A stretch of 64,000 nucleotides of DNA from Paraspadella gotoi (lineage: Eukaryota; Animalia; Chaetognatha), in NCBI GenBank assembly GCA_051294375.1, contig JBJCIZ010000224.1:1-64000 (forward strand), in the 5' to 3' direction. Positions 10,031 through 23,868 of the stretch are shown here, piece after piece. Under the pieces are notes generated by a model, which was given only the letters and a program-made list of their open reading frames with translations, had not been told where the DNA came from and searched no databases. Every line of letters starts with the position of its first letter. Positions within the stretch are counted from its first letter, which is position 1. The translations under genes were made by a program, and so were the position numbers.

Positions 10031-10885
10031 NNNNNNNNNNNNNNNNNNNNNNNNNNNNNNNNNNNNNNNNNNNNNNNNNNNNNNNNNNNNNNNNNNNNNN
10101 NNNNNNNNNNNNNNNNNNNNNNNNNNNNNNNNNNNNNNNNNNNNNNNNNNNNNNNNNNNNNNNNNNNNNNNNNNNNNNNNNNNNNNNNNNNNNNNNNNNN
10201 NNNNNNNNNNNNNNNNNNNNNNNNNNNNNNNNNNNNNNNNNNNNNNNNNNNNNNNNNNNNNNNNNNNNNNNNNNNNNNNNNNNNNNNNNNNNNNNNNNNN
10301 NNNNNNNNNNNNNNNNNNNNNNNNNNNNNNNNNNNNNNNNNNNNNNNNNNNNNNNNNNNNNNNNNNNNNNNNNNNNNNNNNNNNNNNNNNNNNNNNNNNN
10401 NNNNNNNNNNNNNNNNNNNNNNNNNNNNNNNNNNNNNNNNNNNNNNNNNNNNNNNNNNNNNNNNNNNNNNNNNNNNNNNNNNNNNNNNNNNNNNNNNNNN
10501 NNNNNNNNNNNNNNNNNNNNNNNNNNNNNNNNNNNNNNNNNNNNNNNNNNNNNNNNNNNNNNNNNNNNNNNNNNNNNNNNNNNNNNNNNNNNNNNNNNNN
10601 NNNNNNNNNNNNNNNNNNNNNNNNNNNNNNNNNNNNNNNNNNNNNNNNNNNNNNNNNNNNNNNNNNNNNNNNNNNNNNNNNNNNNNNNNNNNNNNNNNNN
10701 NNNNNNNNNNNNNNNNNNNNNNNNNNNNNNNNNNNNNNNNNNNNNNNNNNNNNNNNNNNNNNNNNNNNNNNNNNNNNNNNNNNNNNNNNNNNNNNNNNNN
10801 NATAGAAAAGTCGACTCTCCTTGCGTCATTTGAATTGGCGTTGATGCAGGGAACGCGGGCGCGTCGGGGAACGGGCGACGCCTTT

Positions 10886-10927
10886 CGCCTTAGCAACGGC
10901 GTTGCCAAGGTTCATCTCCATAGCAAC
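10886..10927. promoter_or_regulatory. Cluster of three RFX X-box-like half sites
   Basis: CGCCTTAGCAAC, GTTGCCAAGG and CTCCATAGCAAC within 42 bp. The RFX consensus is GTTNCC(N0-3)RGYAAC. Confidence 0.35.
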
Positions 10928-13900
10928 CAGAGCGTGCCTCGCCTCANNNNNNNNNNNNNNNNNNNNNNNNNNNNNNNNNNNNNNNNNNNNNNNNNNNNNN
11001 NNNNNNNNNNNNNNNNNNNNNNNNNNNNNNNNNNNNNNNNNNNNNNNNNNNNNNNNNNNNNNNNNNNNNNNNNNNNNNNNNNNNNNNNNNNNNNNNNNNN
11101 NNNNNNNNNNNNNNNNNNNNNNNNNNNNNNNNNNNNNNNNNNNNNNNNNNNNNNNNNNNNTCGATTTATCCCTGTTGTTTTGGTCACTTGTTAATGGAGC
11201 TCTTTTCAGATTTTCGCCCGTTAGGAAAAAAAAGGTTCTGCTTTTTTTTTGTGGTCGTCGAAACGAACAAGTTCCTAACTAAGGCTGAGTCGTTGTTGTT
11301 GTTGTTTCTATTTTATAGTATTTAATTTTGTTTCTTTTTCTTGTTTCTTTCTTTTTTATGATTAAGTGTCGGTGGTCGATGTGAGAATCGTCGTCTTTGT
11401 GGAAGGAACTTTGTCAGAAAATGACAACTATAGAAGACGACAGAATTTGAAATGACAATCCGACAAATGACTAACCGACAAGGTGGCAGAGTTCCAACCA
11501 ATAAAAAAGAACGGAGGAGCGAACGAACAAAAGGGCAACGCGACCGGACGAATGGACGCCGAATTTGGTGGAAAACCGATAAAAGGATAAAAAAAAGGGA
11601 AAAAGGGAAAAAATGGAGGAATTAGGCGCGAGGACGAAAAAAAAGGGTGAGGGGTGAGAGCTTTCTCTCTCTCTGTCTCTCTCTCTCTCTCTCGCTCTCT
11701 CTGTCTCTCTCTCTCGCTGTCTCTCTCTCCCTCCTTCTTCTTTTCTTTTTCATCTCATTCATTCTTCCCTCTTTTTCTTCTTTCTCTTTTTGGTTGAGAA
11801 AATAAAATGGCTTCGGCAGGAAAAGAAANNNNNNNNNNNNNNNNNNNNNNNNNNNNNNNNNNNNNNNNNNNNNNNNNNNNNNNNNNNNNNNNNNNNNNNN
11901 NNNNNNNNNNNNNNNNNNNNNNNNNNNNNNNNNNNNNNNNNNNNNNNNNNNNNNNNNNNNNNNNNNNNNNNNNNNNNNNNNNNNNNNNNNNNNNNGAGAG
12001 AGAGAGAGAGAGAGAGAGAGAGTGAGAGAAACCAGGTGGCACTTGAGAAGTTCAACGTAATTGTGTTTTTGGGTCGAACGGCGATTTAAAAACCTGGGGT
12101 GCGAGGAATGATTTCGAGTCAGACTCGGTGTGATATTGGCTGACTTCATGGGAGAAAAATGGAGTTAGTAAGTGATTAAGGTGAATGACATTTCTGTCAT
12201 CTCTATGATTAACTCTGTACAATCCTTCTCTCTTGATCACAAGCGTGTAAGAGGCAGAACTGACAGTGCATAATCTCCGGTACATCTACATAACTGGAAC
12301 TTGTGTAGAGAGCATAACTGACATGCCCGTGGAATTGAACATATAAGTCTTGGTCATGTTCTGTCAATATGACTATGGATTATAGATGGATGTGGATGAA
12401 TGACATTGTCACGTTGCATATCTTATGGAATTTAAGAGATGATGTGAGATTGAGAATCGATATTCTATCATAGTATGATGAATTGATATGGGCGATGAGT
12501 GAATTGGACCATATTATCTAGTTGTCATAAATGATTGGGATGCGTTCTGTATCGCATTGTAGAGTCTTACACATCATGCAAATAATCAACGATATCGTTA
12601 CTGAAGTTCCATATTCGTCGTGTCGAGTCGAGTCGAGAGTTCTCCTGTGGGTCATGGTACCACGTCTCCATGTTTATATCAATCAGTCATGATCAGTGCG
12701 ATACTATTCAGCACATTTCACATTACATTCTGGGTTGGGGAGTGTCAGAAATTTTCAATATTAGCAGAATTTCGACATCCCCTATCATGTCTAGTTGACC
12801 AACCAGGTTGACCTATGAGCTCACACTCACAGATGTTCCATGGACTATCGACATCTCCAAGTCGATCCGCATATCCCTAGCGGGGAATACGCATCGAGGA
12901 TGGCACGTAAAATCATTGAGGGCTTCTAGGAGACACTACAGCCCTGTGTGCTATCAAGACTCGGATCCATGCCGTTCCATGAGTGCAAGATCGATGGGGT
13001 TTGCTACTTGCCAAGATTCATCACCTTCTGGCCGGACCAACTCCTGGATCGTGCACTCATCGGCCAATCGCTCCATGAATCGTCACCTAAGCGCGACGGC
13101 GACTTCGTGAAACCCCGAAACGAGAGAGTCCGCGAAATTATACTTCACGTCGTCAAGTGATTTGGATATTTGTGACGAGATCGTCGCTACGGATCACACG
13201 TTACTGTCCAGGAGGTCTGTCGCGACAGTAGTCTCTCTTAATATAGAATAGTAGAGAAAAACACCTCATGCTACACATTAAACGTATTTAAAATCTATCC
13301 ACAGTATAATTTATTTGGTTTTATTGTTACTGGGACTTCTTGCGGTCCTACAATTTCATATGTACCGCTTAAAATCTATTTTATATTGTATATTGCGTTA
13401 CAAACATGATTCGCAAGGACAGAGACTCAGCCTTTAAAGCGTTCGCTTCGCTCCTCGCAGTCTTTTGGGAGGAGTACCTTCGAGGCAGAGACGATATCGA
13501 TGAGAGCACGCAGTAGAGCAGATGACGAGAGAGAGAGAGATCGAGAGAGAGAGAGAGAGAGAGAGAAGAGAGAGAGGAGAGAGAGAGTCCACGTCGTCAT
13601 CTCTCTCTCTCTCTCTGACGGTCTCTCTCTCACGCTCGTACACATCTCTCGCCTCCGTTTTTAATGAGCAGAATGCCACAGTTAAGGCGGCGCGCCGCCC
13701 GGATGCGATCGAATACGGATGCATGCAACTACAATTCCGTGTACAAGCTGAGTCGGATTTTGAATCACGTGTGTATCCCTCTCCAGATGGGCTGGGTGGG
13801 TAGGCGGAGTCTTCGGCACGCAGTGTATGCGCCGAGAAAAATTCGGGAGAGGGCTGATTGAACTGAGACGCTACTCACGTGAAGACAGGACATATAACCT

Positions 13901-15837
13901 CATCTGACTTTGCTCGACCACGCTAGAACCTGAGGAAAAGGGAGGAGAACCCTTCTCAATCATGAGAGTATACGCCGAGGGAGACGAGTAGCGAAGACGA
14001 AATGGGAGGAGAAGAGCAGGATCAAGGAGGACAATACAGCTTTGAGAAATCCGGGCTGTGCGGTATACTTCCGCATGGCACAGGTATGGCGTAGCCTCTA
14101 GCTGGATCACGGCGCGCCTTACAGGTTATCTATAATCAAGAACCCTACACGAACCCGGTAAGCCTTGCGGTCCACTATGTGTTGCGCCGCCGAGATGTAA
14201 ACTGCTCCCATCTTCGATCTTGGTACCTCTCTCCCTCTCGTTGCATTGACCATTCGACATACGGGGGAGAACTTTGGTACCTGGACAGGACTGTACTTTT
14301 CCTTAGCTCGGTATTATTTAATACATGGCACGTAGAAATTGCAATTCGGAAATCTGTCACAATTCGTACCATTTTCGATTCTAATATTTTTTTTAGTTCG
14401 TTGGTACGCTCCTTTTAAGATTCGGTCCTGACTAACGTTCTTCTGTGTCCTTGGCCCTGGTTCTCCAGTCTAGTCCTACCCGCATTTTGGTCCTAAACTC
14501 CTCGGGTTCTCGTTTCCTCTTTATTTCCTCCAAGTTTTTCCTCTCTTTTTCTTTTTCCCCTTTTTACCGAATCTTTTGACGGTTTGTTCTTTCTTCTGCT
14601 TGTCCCTTGATTTCTACCATACCCTAATATGCCTTCATATGACCTTCAGATGTGTACAATATTAAAATGGCCCAATCAGCCCTACACAATTCTCTAACTT
14701 ACATAGAGTTTTAATCACGATGTTGTCATTGTGTGTCACTTTTTGAGTTTGGGGCAGTTTAGTATCTTTTTCTCTTGTCCCTCTGTCTAGTACCCACGAG
14801 TCCGTACCACCAGTGGCGATCCCCGGTATAGAAAGACCCGACATACGCGGCTCCGAACCCGAAAGTGCACCATTCTTCCAAGATATCCTTAGAGATTACT
14901 TCTCTTCTCCTCCTCCGAAGTACGTCTCTGGCGTCTTGGCGCAAGATAATTCCTCCTCAGTCCTTCGCGTCGTATCTCTCCAACAAAAATATATTGCCCC
15001 GCCACAGGTTGTAAAATCTAATCGATATACCATCTCATATATGCTTGGTCTTTGGCAGTCGAGGGGACGATCGACAGGCATCCTCCCGAAATTCTTCCGC
15101 ATATGCCCATGATGTCAACTCGATCGGAGGAGATGGAGAGGAAGAGGAGAGCCCGCCATCAGTCGTCACGGCCGCATACGCGATGACGAAATCGGAGACA
15201 CGCCGGGGCAAACAGGATGAGATCCGTCGAGTCTCTCATCGATCGATCTCTCTCGATCTCTACGTCGTCCATCATCATCTCTGCGATCGACGTCGTCGTC
15301 TTCGTCTTCTCGGACGCACGTCTCGCGCATCTCTCATCTCTCTCGATCCTCCCGTCGCTCCAGCGTCGTCGTCGCATTCACTCAGAGCGTCGATGTTGTC
15401 GCTGGCGAGATGAGGGCCAGAGCGCAAGGGTCGAGCGAGAGATAGAGGAAAAGAAAGAAAGAAAAGAGAAAGAAAAAAAAAAGAGGAAAAAAGGAAATAT
15501 GATCAGATGGACAGCGGCGAGAACGGAGGTGTGGACGAGAACGAGAGTGGGAGCCATTTGACATAACAATCAAGCTCGTGCAGTCTTTCACACAGCGGCT
15601 TCGCGCGTCGATAGAAGATCAATCTGGAGGCCAAGAATGATCGCCAGGCGTCGGTGGACACTGAGGAGAGTAGTGGTCGGAGCCTGGAGAAGCGAAATGT
15701 ATGGCATTTCGACAGAGCGCGCAGGGAACTGTCGATGCTAATTGGCAGCGAGAGGCGACAATGACAGAGAACGATGAGACATCGGAGCGGAAGGAAGGGC
15801 AGGGGGTGGCGAGAACGGCGTGTGGCAGGCGCGGGGT

Positions 15838-15983
15838 AAAATGAAAAATAAAAAACAAAAAAAAGAAAGAAGAAAAAAAGAAACTAAAAAGAAGAAAAAA
15901 CAAAGAAAAAAAAAAAAAGAAAAGAAAAAAAAAAAAAAAAAAAAAAAAAAACCAAAAAAAAATAAAAACAAGAAAAAAAAAAA

Positions 15984-16016
<33 letters not shown>

Positions 16017-16243
16017 AAAAAATAAAAAAAAAAAAAAAAAAAAAAAAACAAAAAAAAAAGAAAAAAAAAAAAAAAACAGAAAAAAAAAAAAAAAAAAAAA
16101 AGAAGAAAAGAAAAGGAAAAAAAAAGAAAAAAAATAAAAAAAAAAAAAAAAAAAAAAAAAATAAAGACAACAAAGAATAAACAAAAAAAACAGAAATAAA
16201 AAGAAATAAATAAAAAAAAAAAAAAAAAAATAATAAAAAATAA
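15838..16243 (+). repeat. ~400 bp near-homopolymeric A tract, probably a read or consensus artefact
   Basis: A runs with sporadic C/G/T inside noisy sequence; the right flank loosely resembles 23040-23130. Confidence 0.8.
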
Positions 16244-17648
16244 TCGCGACGAGGGGGCGCTGTACGGACTGCTGTCGCGCTGAATAGACAAATATCAGCG
16301 AACGCGGTAAAGAGAGATAAATCGCAAGAAAGAAAGAAAACGTTTTGAGCGGGAGTGTTTTGGTGGTGGCTGTTTTTTTGTTTTTGTTGTTGGTTTTTTG
16401 TTCCTGCCGCGTCTTGGTAGTTGTATTGCGCTTTTTTTTTTTTTTTTTTTTTTTTTAGTCGGACAGCCGCGCATAATGATCTCCCCGCGCTACGTCGGGC
16501 CCCGCAGTTCGCTCTCCGTCCTGACGTATCTGCTAATGTGTCTTTTCGTCTCTCGTCAGCTCGTCTCTTCGTCATGTTGCTTTGTCTTTCTCGCTCGCCG
16601 CTCTTCCTCCTTCTCTTTATTTCTTCCCCTTTCCTCTTTCTTCTTTCTCTGTCTTCTCTCTCTCTTCTCTTTTCGTCCTTTTCGCGTCCTCCTCCCTTCT
16701 CTGTCCTCCCCCGTTCTCCCTCTTCTCTCTCCTTGTTCCTCCCCTCCTTCGTTTCTCCTTCCTCAGTATCTCCCTTCTCTTTTTCTCTTCTTTCGCTTCA
16801 CTCTTCAACTGGCTTATCGATTCTCATTCGCGTCACGTTCTGCATCATTTTCGGATGTTCGGACCTGCCTCTGCTCCAACGTGCCTGTCNNNNNNNNNNN
16901 NNNNNNNNNNNNNNTCCAAGCCCAGGACCCGTTCCATGGCTGCTGAGGGGGCACTGAAGGTACGACCTGGCGACCTGTCGTCCATCATCCATAATCAAAC
17001 ATGACATCGAAACAAACGAGAGTCCAAATATAAAACATGAATGGACAATAGACATGGAAATTAATCCAAGTCGTCTCAAATTCTCAAAACGAAAAAAAAC
17101 ATGTAAATTACGTTTTAAATTATCCAATAATTTATTGGGACGGTACTACAATTCATATGACGAAATATTTAATGTAAATTCGAAAAAGATCGAAGGACAG
17201 CAAAGCCTTTTAAAATCNNNNNNNNNNNNNNNNNNNNNNNNNNNNNNNNNNNNNNNNNNNNNNNNNNNNNNNNNNNNNNNNNNNNNNNNNNNNNNNNNNN
17301 NNNNNNNNNNNNNNNNNNNNNNNNNNNNNNNNNNNNNNNNNNNNNNNNNNNNNNNNNNNNNNNNNNNNNNNNNNNNNNNNNNNNNNNNNNNNNNNNNNNN
17401 NNNNNNNNNNNNNNNNNNNNNNNNNNNNNNNNNNNNNNNNNNNNNNNNNNNNNNNNNNNNNNNNNNNNNNNNNNNNNNNNNNNNNGGGAGCAGAGGGAAA
17501 GGTGGAAAAAATGGTGGTGGTGAAATAGTGAAAAGAAATAAATATTTCGAAGGACGGGAAAGGGAGAGAATTAAAGACAAGGAAAGAAAAATAGAAAGGA
17601 AAGATAAGTTAGTGAAGCTTTTGAGAGAGTGATCCAATTATTAAAAAG

Positions 17649-17922
17649 AACAAGAACCGTAATTCAAATGTGTTGCGCCGCAGTGACTGCCTTATCACGT
17701 ATATTTCTCGTGTCATGACATGACATAACATGACTACAATAACTTTCTTAGCTCGTATACTTATAACATGCACTGCATCAAAATTCCATCTTTTATTTCT
17801 TTTTTAGTTTTAAGATTTCCTGAAGGTGGCGCTCGCAGTCCCTTAGATTTGAGATTTTTTGTCTTAACAAAATAGCAAACAACTATAGGCAAATTCTATG
17901 CATTTTAACGTAAGCGGGACAG
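17649..17922 (+). mobile_element. DINE-1/HINE-like non-autonomous element (truncated)
   Basis: AACAAGAAC...GTTGCGCCGCAGTGAC...CATGACTACAATAACTTT...TGTCTTAACAAAATAGCAA...TTTAACGTAAGCGGGACAG. These blocks are shared with the other copies in the window. Confidence 0.55.
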
Positions 17923-20900
17923 GAGGTACGCTGTCAAATCTTGCCCAAGAAGGTCGACCTTGGCCAAAGTCCTAAGTACAAGACTCTGCAAGACAAACCT
18001 CCAGTACAAGTATTTCACAAGACCCGTCGGAATCCCCGAGCGGGAGAGGGATTGCGCGAAAATTGAGGCCAAGCCCGACTCGACGGCGAAGTGGGTCACG
18101 TAGATGGCGCTTACGCACGAAACATTGGAACAGTTAAGGACATCCCGTCGCCACACCTAAGCCTCCTACCGTCCTTCGTCAACAGAGAGAACGGAGACCT
18201 CGGAAAAAGCCTCTTATGGTGATTTGCTCCAAATTCAGAGAGCATATACTATCACTATAGTTTGTCTTAACTCTAATTGCAAATCGACCAGAACTCCTAT
18301 CAATTTTGAAGGGACAGAATCACGGATCTACTCCTACAAACTGCTGTTCTACGGTTAGAAGTTGAAGGAGCACCTTTCGCGTCACCGTGGTCCCGAGAAA
18401 ATTCGCCCGTCCCGTTGGTATTTCCATCAGTACATGCTCGTTCCGGCCATTAGCGAGATCCCGGCGTATGTTGAGGAAGGGCTCTGAGAATTCCGCGACA
18501 CACTCTCTTTGAATTATCACTAGAATTGCACTCCAGCCGACCCTTGTCATTATCCCGGCCAGGTGGACTGGGACTACTTCTCCACGGACGTCCATACATT
18601 GTCTATTCGGCGGCGCCTTGACAGCAATACTTTTTCCTGTGATTGCCTCTTCTGAGCCTTTGCTGACATTCTTTCGATCTAACGCCTACGCTTGGATCGA
18701 ATGCGCGCAGGAGCTACAAATCTCGGACGAGCGACGACGGGGTTCTTTCGATCCGACCCCGCTGGTCGGCGGCTGCTTTTGAGAAACTCCGCGATCCAAC
18801 TTCCGCGTCAAATCTTGTTTATTTCTTTTCGTCAAGTTCCCTCGTCGTCAAGTCTCAAAATCTCTGACGTGACACAAGATGACCCCCGACCAACTTGGGC
18901 CATCGTCATGGTGTGGGAACTTCTGTTGTCAGGCGCAACCGTGGAAGATGCGTCGGCGCTTCGTTCTATCACGCCTTTAAAGTAATCTTCCTAGTTCGAA
19001 CCTTCATCTCTGCATTCACCAAAAACCTCTCTCCAGAGCAAGGTCTCTCCCCAATCAGACCTCCTCTAAGCAATGTAGACCTTGGGAGAGACATCCCATC
19101 TTTCTGTTTTTTGTGCCTGTCAATAACAGCTGCCGTCCCGCCTTAATGGAGTTTCCGTCCTTGATTCTCGGTCGCTCCGCAATATCCACTTTCCAATATT
19201 TCTGCTGTCCTGCTGGAGAGTAGAAAGCTCTTCTCCTTTTCTCGGTGGGCCTCTGTGGGCCGGGAAGTATCTCCTCTATCTCACCAACTCCGCGCTGTAT
19301 GAGTGAAGGCCTGGGCGGGTTCCGATGGAGCGAAGCCTAACTTTGATAATTCTCTATCCGAATTTTGTCTGAAACCTGATGGGGACGCTGCCTGTCCGGC
19401 AAAGAATGTGTAAGCAAAGGCCCGCGCACGCTACCCTGGTTTTTCTCAAAAGATTCGCCGTCCGCTATCTACGGTCCGCCGATATTTTTCCGCCGCCGAG
19501 TCCTTTTCCGTCTGTGCTAAAAAGGTTTCTGGCAGAGGCAAAACTCCGCTGCTCTCTGCTCGCGCCCCGTCTTCGTTGTCAGTCCTCGCACGCCGCACAC
19601 ATGTTCTCTCGCTCTCGCCATTCCATAATCAATTTGTGAGTCAGATACGGCTAGAAATTTCTTGGTTGATAGGCGATCAACAACCCGGACGGCGTCGCCC
19701 CACGCCTAAACCTCCGCTTGCAGCAGCAGACACTCTCGCTCCTCAGCCGGCGGTCCCCTGCTGAAAGCTTGCCTGCCGCGCAGCGTGAAGAATAGCCCGC
19801 CGGTCGTCTCGAGAAGCCAAGCCGCGCTCCCGTAGATATCGACGCCGTCTGGATTCTGATTCGATCCCTCGCGTCCAGTCTCTCTATTCCTCCATAATAC
19901 CACCGCTTGCTTCTATGCCTGACCAAATTCTCCTCAAACCCCGGCGGCGACCAAGCGTCCGCCACGAGGCCCATGAGCGACCGCCTTCCTGTCCCCCACC
20001 TAGAACAAGCCATCCAAGCTAATGAGGATGCATTCACACTCATTTGAGTTAACTTCTCTCTCTTCTCTCTCTCTCTCGATTAATATATATATTAGAAACT
20101 TAAATATGGTTCTAATCTATAACAAATACACATATTTAAATGATCTGTTCTTACCGTATTGTTCAAAAACCAGAGTTTCAGTTTACTTGCCTATAATTTT
20201 CAATTTGTTATCTTTGCCTCTCTATATTGTCTTTTCCACTACCAAGATTCAACACACAGAACTCACGTTTAATAATAATTAGCTGAAACATCTCACAGAA
20301 GTAAATAAATGTTATTGACATTCGTTTTTCCTTCGGTTGTTACAAGCTGTGAATGGTAAAAGGCGACATTAGTTATTAAATACAAAGGTGACTTGCACGT
20401 GAATAATTACATAAAATTCATGTATTTTAGTGGCAAAAGACTATTTCTCAAGCAACCTCGCTGAGAGCAGTAGAAGGACTCTGCTTTCTGAAATTATTTT
20501 TTTTAATTTTTTTTAACTATAACAGGCTTGGCAAGTTTTAAGCAAGAAAGAACAATGGAGAGTAATAAGAGAATCTCGCCAACCTACTAATTGTAATTTT
20601 TTTCCGTTTATGCAAATACGTAATATAAAATGAATATATTAGCTTGCTACTGAATACTCATTATGTTTTTATAATATGTTTCGTGAGCGTATACGAAGAG
20701 AGAGCGTTAAAGTAACGGTGAAATTTTAAGAGAATAATTAGTCCACTCGCAAAATAAAATGCCTAGATGTAATTGTTACTCTCCTGCCCCAGAGAATTGA
20801 GTTTTGTCTAAATTCTCACTGGTCTCTTTGTGACGATCGCAAGGCGCCTGATTCCTTTTATCTTAATAAGTCTATATTTGGACAGAGCGTTTAATCAGGG

Positions 20901-21649
20901 CGAATCCCTCGTCCCCGCGTTATTTCCGCTTTGTTTTCATTGTAACGCCTGATTTAGTTTTTGCTTTTTTTTTTTCTAATCGCTTTTCGTTGGTGATTTT
21001 TTTTTTTTTTTTTATTTATTGGGTTTTGAAAATTTACTTTGACACTTTCAATCTCGCCGCAGTACTGAAAGAAAATAAGGAAAATGAGCGGCGATCGCAG
21101 CGTTAATTGACTATTGCGTCGAGTATTTCGATGAACACGAAGGGCTACCGAGTTATGCGCGGTTATCTGCAAGCCCGAATGGCAAACTTACCTCTTCAGG
21201 CATGAAGTGGGCCACGCCTTGACCTGTGGAGCTATCAGGACCTAGATCGACCGAGAGGCTGTGAGACGGACGCGAGAGGAAAGTATTGACTATAGACTTC
21301 TTTCTAAGCCTCTTCTTCGGTCATGTGCTGCTCTTCTGGTCCTTCCTACACGGTTATACATAAGTGGCGACGGCCCACACTATGAAGTTCAGCACCCGAC
21401 TCTCACCAGTTCGCAGGAAGAAGTCTATAGATAGTTTCAAACCGATTCGTTGGCGTATCCTGGCAGAGTAAGCAGAGAATCCAACGTTCCGGAAGTCCTC
21501 CGAGGCGAGACAGGTTGAGGGAGTTTGTGTCAGAACTGAGGACCGCCTGTTATGTGTAAGTTCCGCGTTTGAGCGCGGGTTCCGCAGTCCTGCCGGATGC
21601 GGGGCGATGGTCGAGCCTCGCGCAGTGTACTCTTTTCTTTTGTCATTCA

Positions 21650-22370
21650 CCTTATTAACCAACTTTTCCTTTTTCCTCGTATCGGCCTCGTTGCTCTTTC
21701 TTTCCTCCACGTCACCTTCTTTTCTTTTTCTTTCCAATCCTTTCTTTTTTCCCCCCCTCTCCCTTTCTTTTCCCGCATTATCACCACTGGGTATAGTCTT
21801 ATCCTTTTCGGCTTCGACCACTTCTCATTCTTCTCTTCTTTCCTTTTTCTTTTGTTTTTTTTTTTTCAAGTTTAACAGAGCTCAAACGACTTGTCGCTAT
21901 TTACCGTCATTCGTCTCCTGTTTTCCTCCAACTTATTTTCTTCTTTAAAAACCGCGACGATTCTGCCCTCCATAGAATTTTTCCTTGTGTATTTCCGCAC
22001 CTCCGCTTTATTTCTTTTTCGAATTGTTCATCATCTCATTCCTTCTATTGACCTTTTCCTAGTCCATTTCTTTTTCCCTGACTACATTAAATCGCCGTTC
22101 GCTTTTTTTTTTCATTTTCCATTTTCTCTGGCCGTTGCAGTATAGAGACAGCCCTGGATATTCCGCGTAGCTTCTTCTTTTGGTTTCACATTTGAGGTTT
22201 ATGTCTTTCCCTCCCATGACTTCCATTTCGGACAGGCTCGCTTCCGTCCGCTCCTCGGTCTTAGCGCTCGGCTTCGTTTCTCGTTCGCTCTGCCTATCCT
22301 CGATCCTCATTCTTCGTTTCTTCCTCTCTAATTCTCAGAGAACGACACTCATGTGTTAGTCGAGCGACAA
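21650..22370 (-). repeat. Insertion-rich partial copy of block Y (equivalent to 62700-63085)
   Basis: Anchors TTCCTCCA(A)CTTATTTTC, TTAAAAACCGCGACGATTCT, ATCTCATTCCTT and TTTATGTCTTTCC occur in the same order as in 62700-63085. Confidence 0.75.
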
Positions 22371-22484
22371 TACAGTTGTTTATCTCGTGCCCAAGGCCTA
22401 TTGGAGGCTGCCCCGCACCTGTCAATGCCCTCCATTTTCTTCTCTTTTCCTGTCTTTTTTTTGGCTTCTCATGCCCTTCGCTGC

Positions 22485-22880
22485 CGTGATGTCACGCGGG
22501 GCGTGACACATGCATACTACGACTTGACAACGCGAAAGTAGAACTTTGCCTTAAGCTGCCGTAGTACCCGCTTGACTAACCATGGCACTGCATCAAAAGT
22601 TGCCTACCTGCTGATCCATCAATAGCGGAGGACTGATAGAGTGCATGCGCGTGGTTGTAGATTTCTATTTTTAGTTTTTAAGAATTTCCTGAAGGTTGGC
22701 GGCTCGCAGTGCCGCTTAGATTTGAGATTTTTTGTCTTAACAAAAATAGCAAACAAACTATAGGCAAATTCTATGGCCATTTTAACGTAAGCGGGACAAG
22801 ACTGACGGTAGAAAGACGCGACCGACCGACCGAAGTGACTTATAGAAGTTCCTTGCGAGTACTGCGCAGCGCAACTAAAA
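22485..22880 (+). mobile_element. DINE-1/HINE-like element, noisy copy with (GACC)n and terminal end
   Basis: About 22660-22800 is near-identical to about 17795-17920. It ends GACCGACCGACCGAAGTGACTTATAG...GCGAGTACT...GCAACTAAAA. Confidence 0.55.
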
Positions 22881-22910
22881 TAATCGCTTTATGATGTTGT
22901 GGAGAGAGAG

Positions 22911-22982
<72 letters not shown>

Positions 22983-23295
22983 AGAGAGCACGAGAAAAAT
23001 GGGGGTTGAGGCGACGTGCCGGGGAGTCGACGTAGGGCGAAAAAAAAAAAATCGAACACAAAGAAACGAAATTTGAGCGGAGTTTTCTGCCGCGTTTTTT
23101 CGACGCGCTTATCGCTAATCTCTATCTATATTTTTCTCTTTCTCTTCTCTCTTCGTCTCTCTCTCTCCTTCTCTCTCTCCCTGCAGACGGCGTCGGTCGA
23201 GAATTTGTCATTTTTGCCACATTTTCCAATTCGCGTGGTGATTTAGAGTCGCGCCGCATCCGATCGCATGGAACACGAGCCGTCGCTTTGGCGGA

Positions 23296-23868
23296 AAAGA
23301 TGGAGGATCGAAAGGGGAGGGAGATGGGAAAAGACCTGGGATGGGGAATGGGATGGAGGAAAAGGGAAGGAGATGGAAAGATGGGATGGAAATGGGATAG
23401 GAAGGCGGGAGGGAGATGGGGAAAGATGGGAATGGGAATGGATGAGGAAGGGGAGGGAGATGGGGGTAAGGATGGGATGGGGATGGGATTGTAATGTGAA
23501 GGGGAGGGAGATGGGAAAGATGGGAATGGGGACTGGGATTGAGGAGGGAGCGAGATGGGAAAGATGGGATGGGATGGGAATGAGGAAAGGGAGAGAGATG
23601 GTTAAGGATGCANNNNNNNNNNNNNNNNNNNNNNNNNAGATGGGATGGGGATGGGATGAGGAAAGGGAGGAGATGGGAAAGATGGGATGGAGATGCGATA
23701 AGGAATGGAAAGAGATGTGAAAGAAGGGTTGGAGATGGGATGAGGAAGGGAAGGAGATGGGAAAGATGGGATGGAGTTGGGAAAAGAAAGGAGGAGATGG
23801 GGATTAGAGACGGGCAAGGAAGGGATAGAGATGGAGGATTAGAGATGGAATGAGGATGAGGAGGAGAT
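23296..23868 (+). repeat. G-rich degenerate (GGGAT/GGAGAT)n satellite
   Basis: Recurrent GATGGGAAAGATGGGATGG units. Confidence 0.9.

Noticed and set aside
9327-10908. 500-aa ORFs here and similar ORFs at 25464-26547
   Set aside because: They consist mostly of translated N.
12050-15100. Short ORFs in apparently unique sequence
   Set aside because: No motif or consistent frame is visible, and the texture matches the demonstrably noisy read-derived regions.
15838-16243. Poly(A) tail of a retroposon
   Set aside because: There is no upstream LINE/SINE body or TSD, the tract is embedded in noisy sequence, and polymerase or basecaller stutter is more likely.
16930-16966. Short ATG-exon with a possible donor AAG|GTACGA
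   Set aside because: The donor is weak, the frame is only 8 codons, and it is adjacent to a gap.
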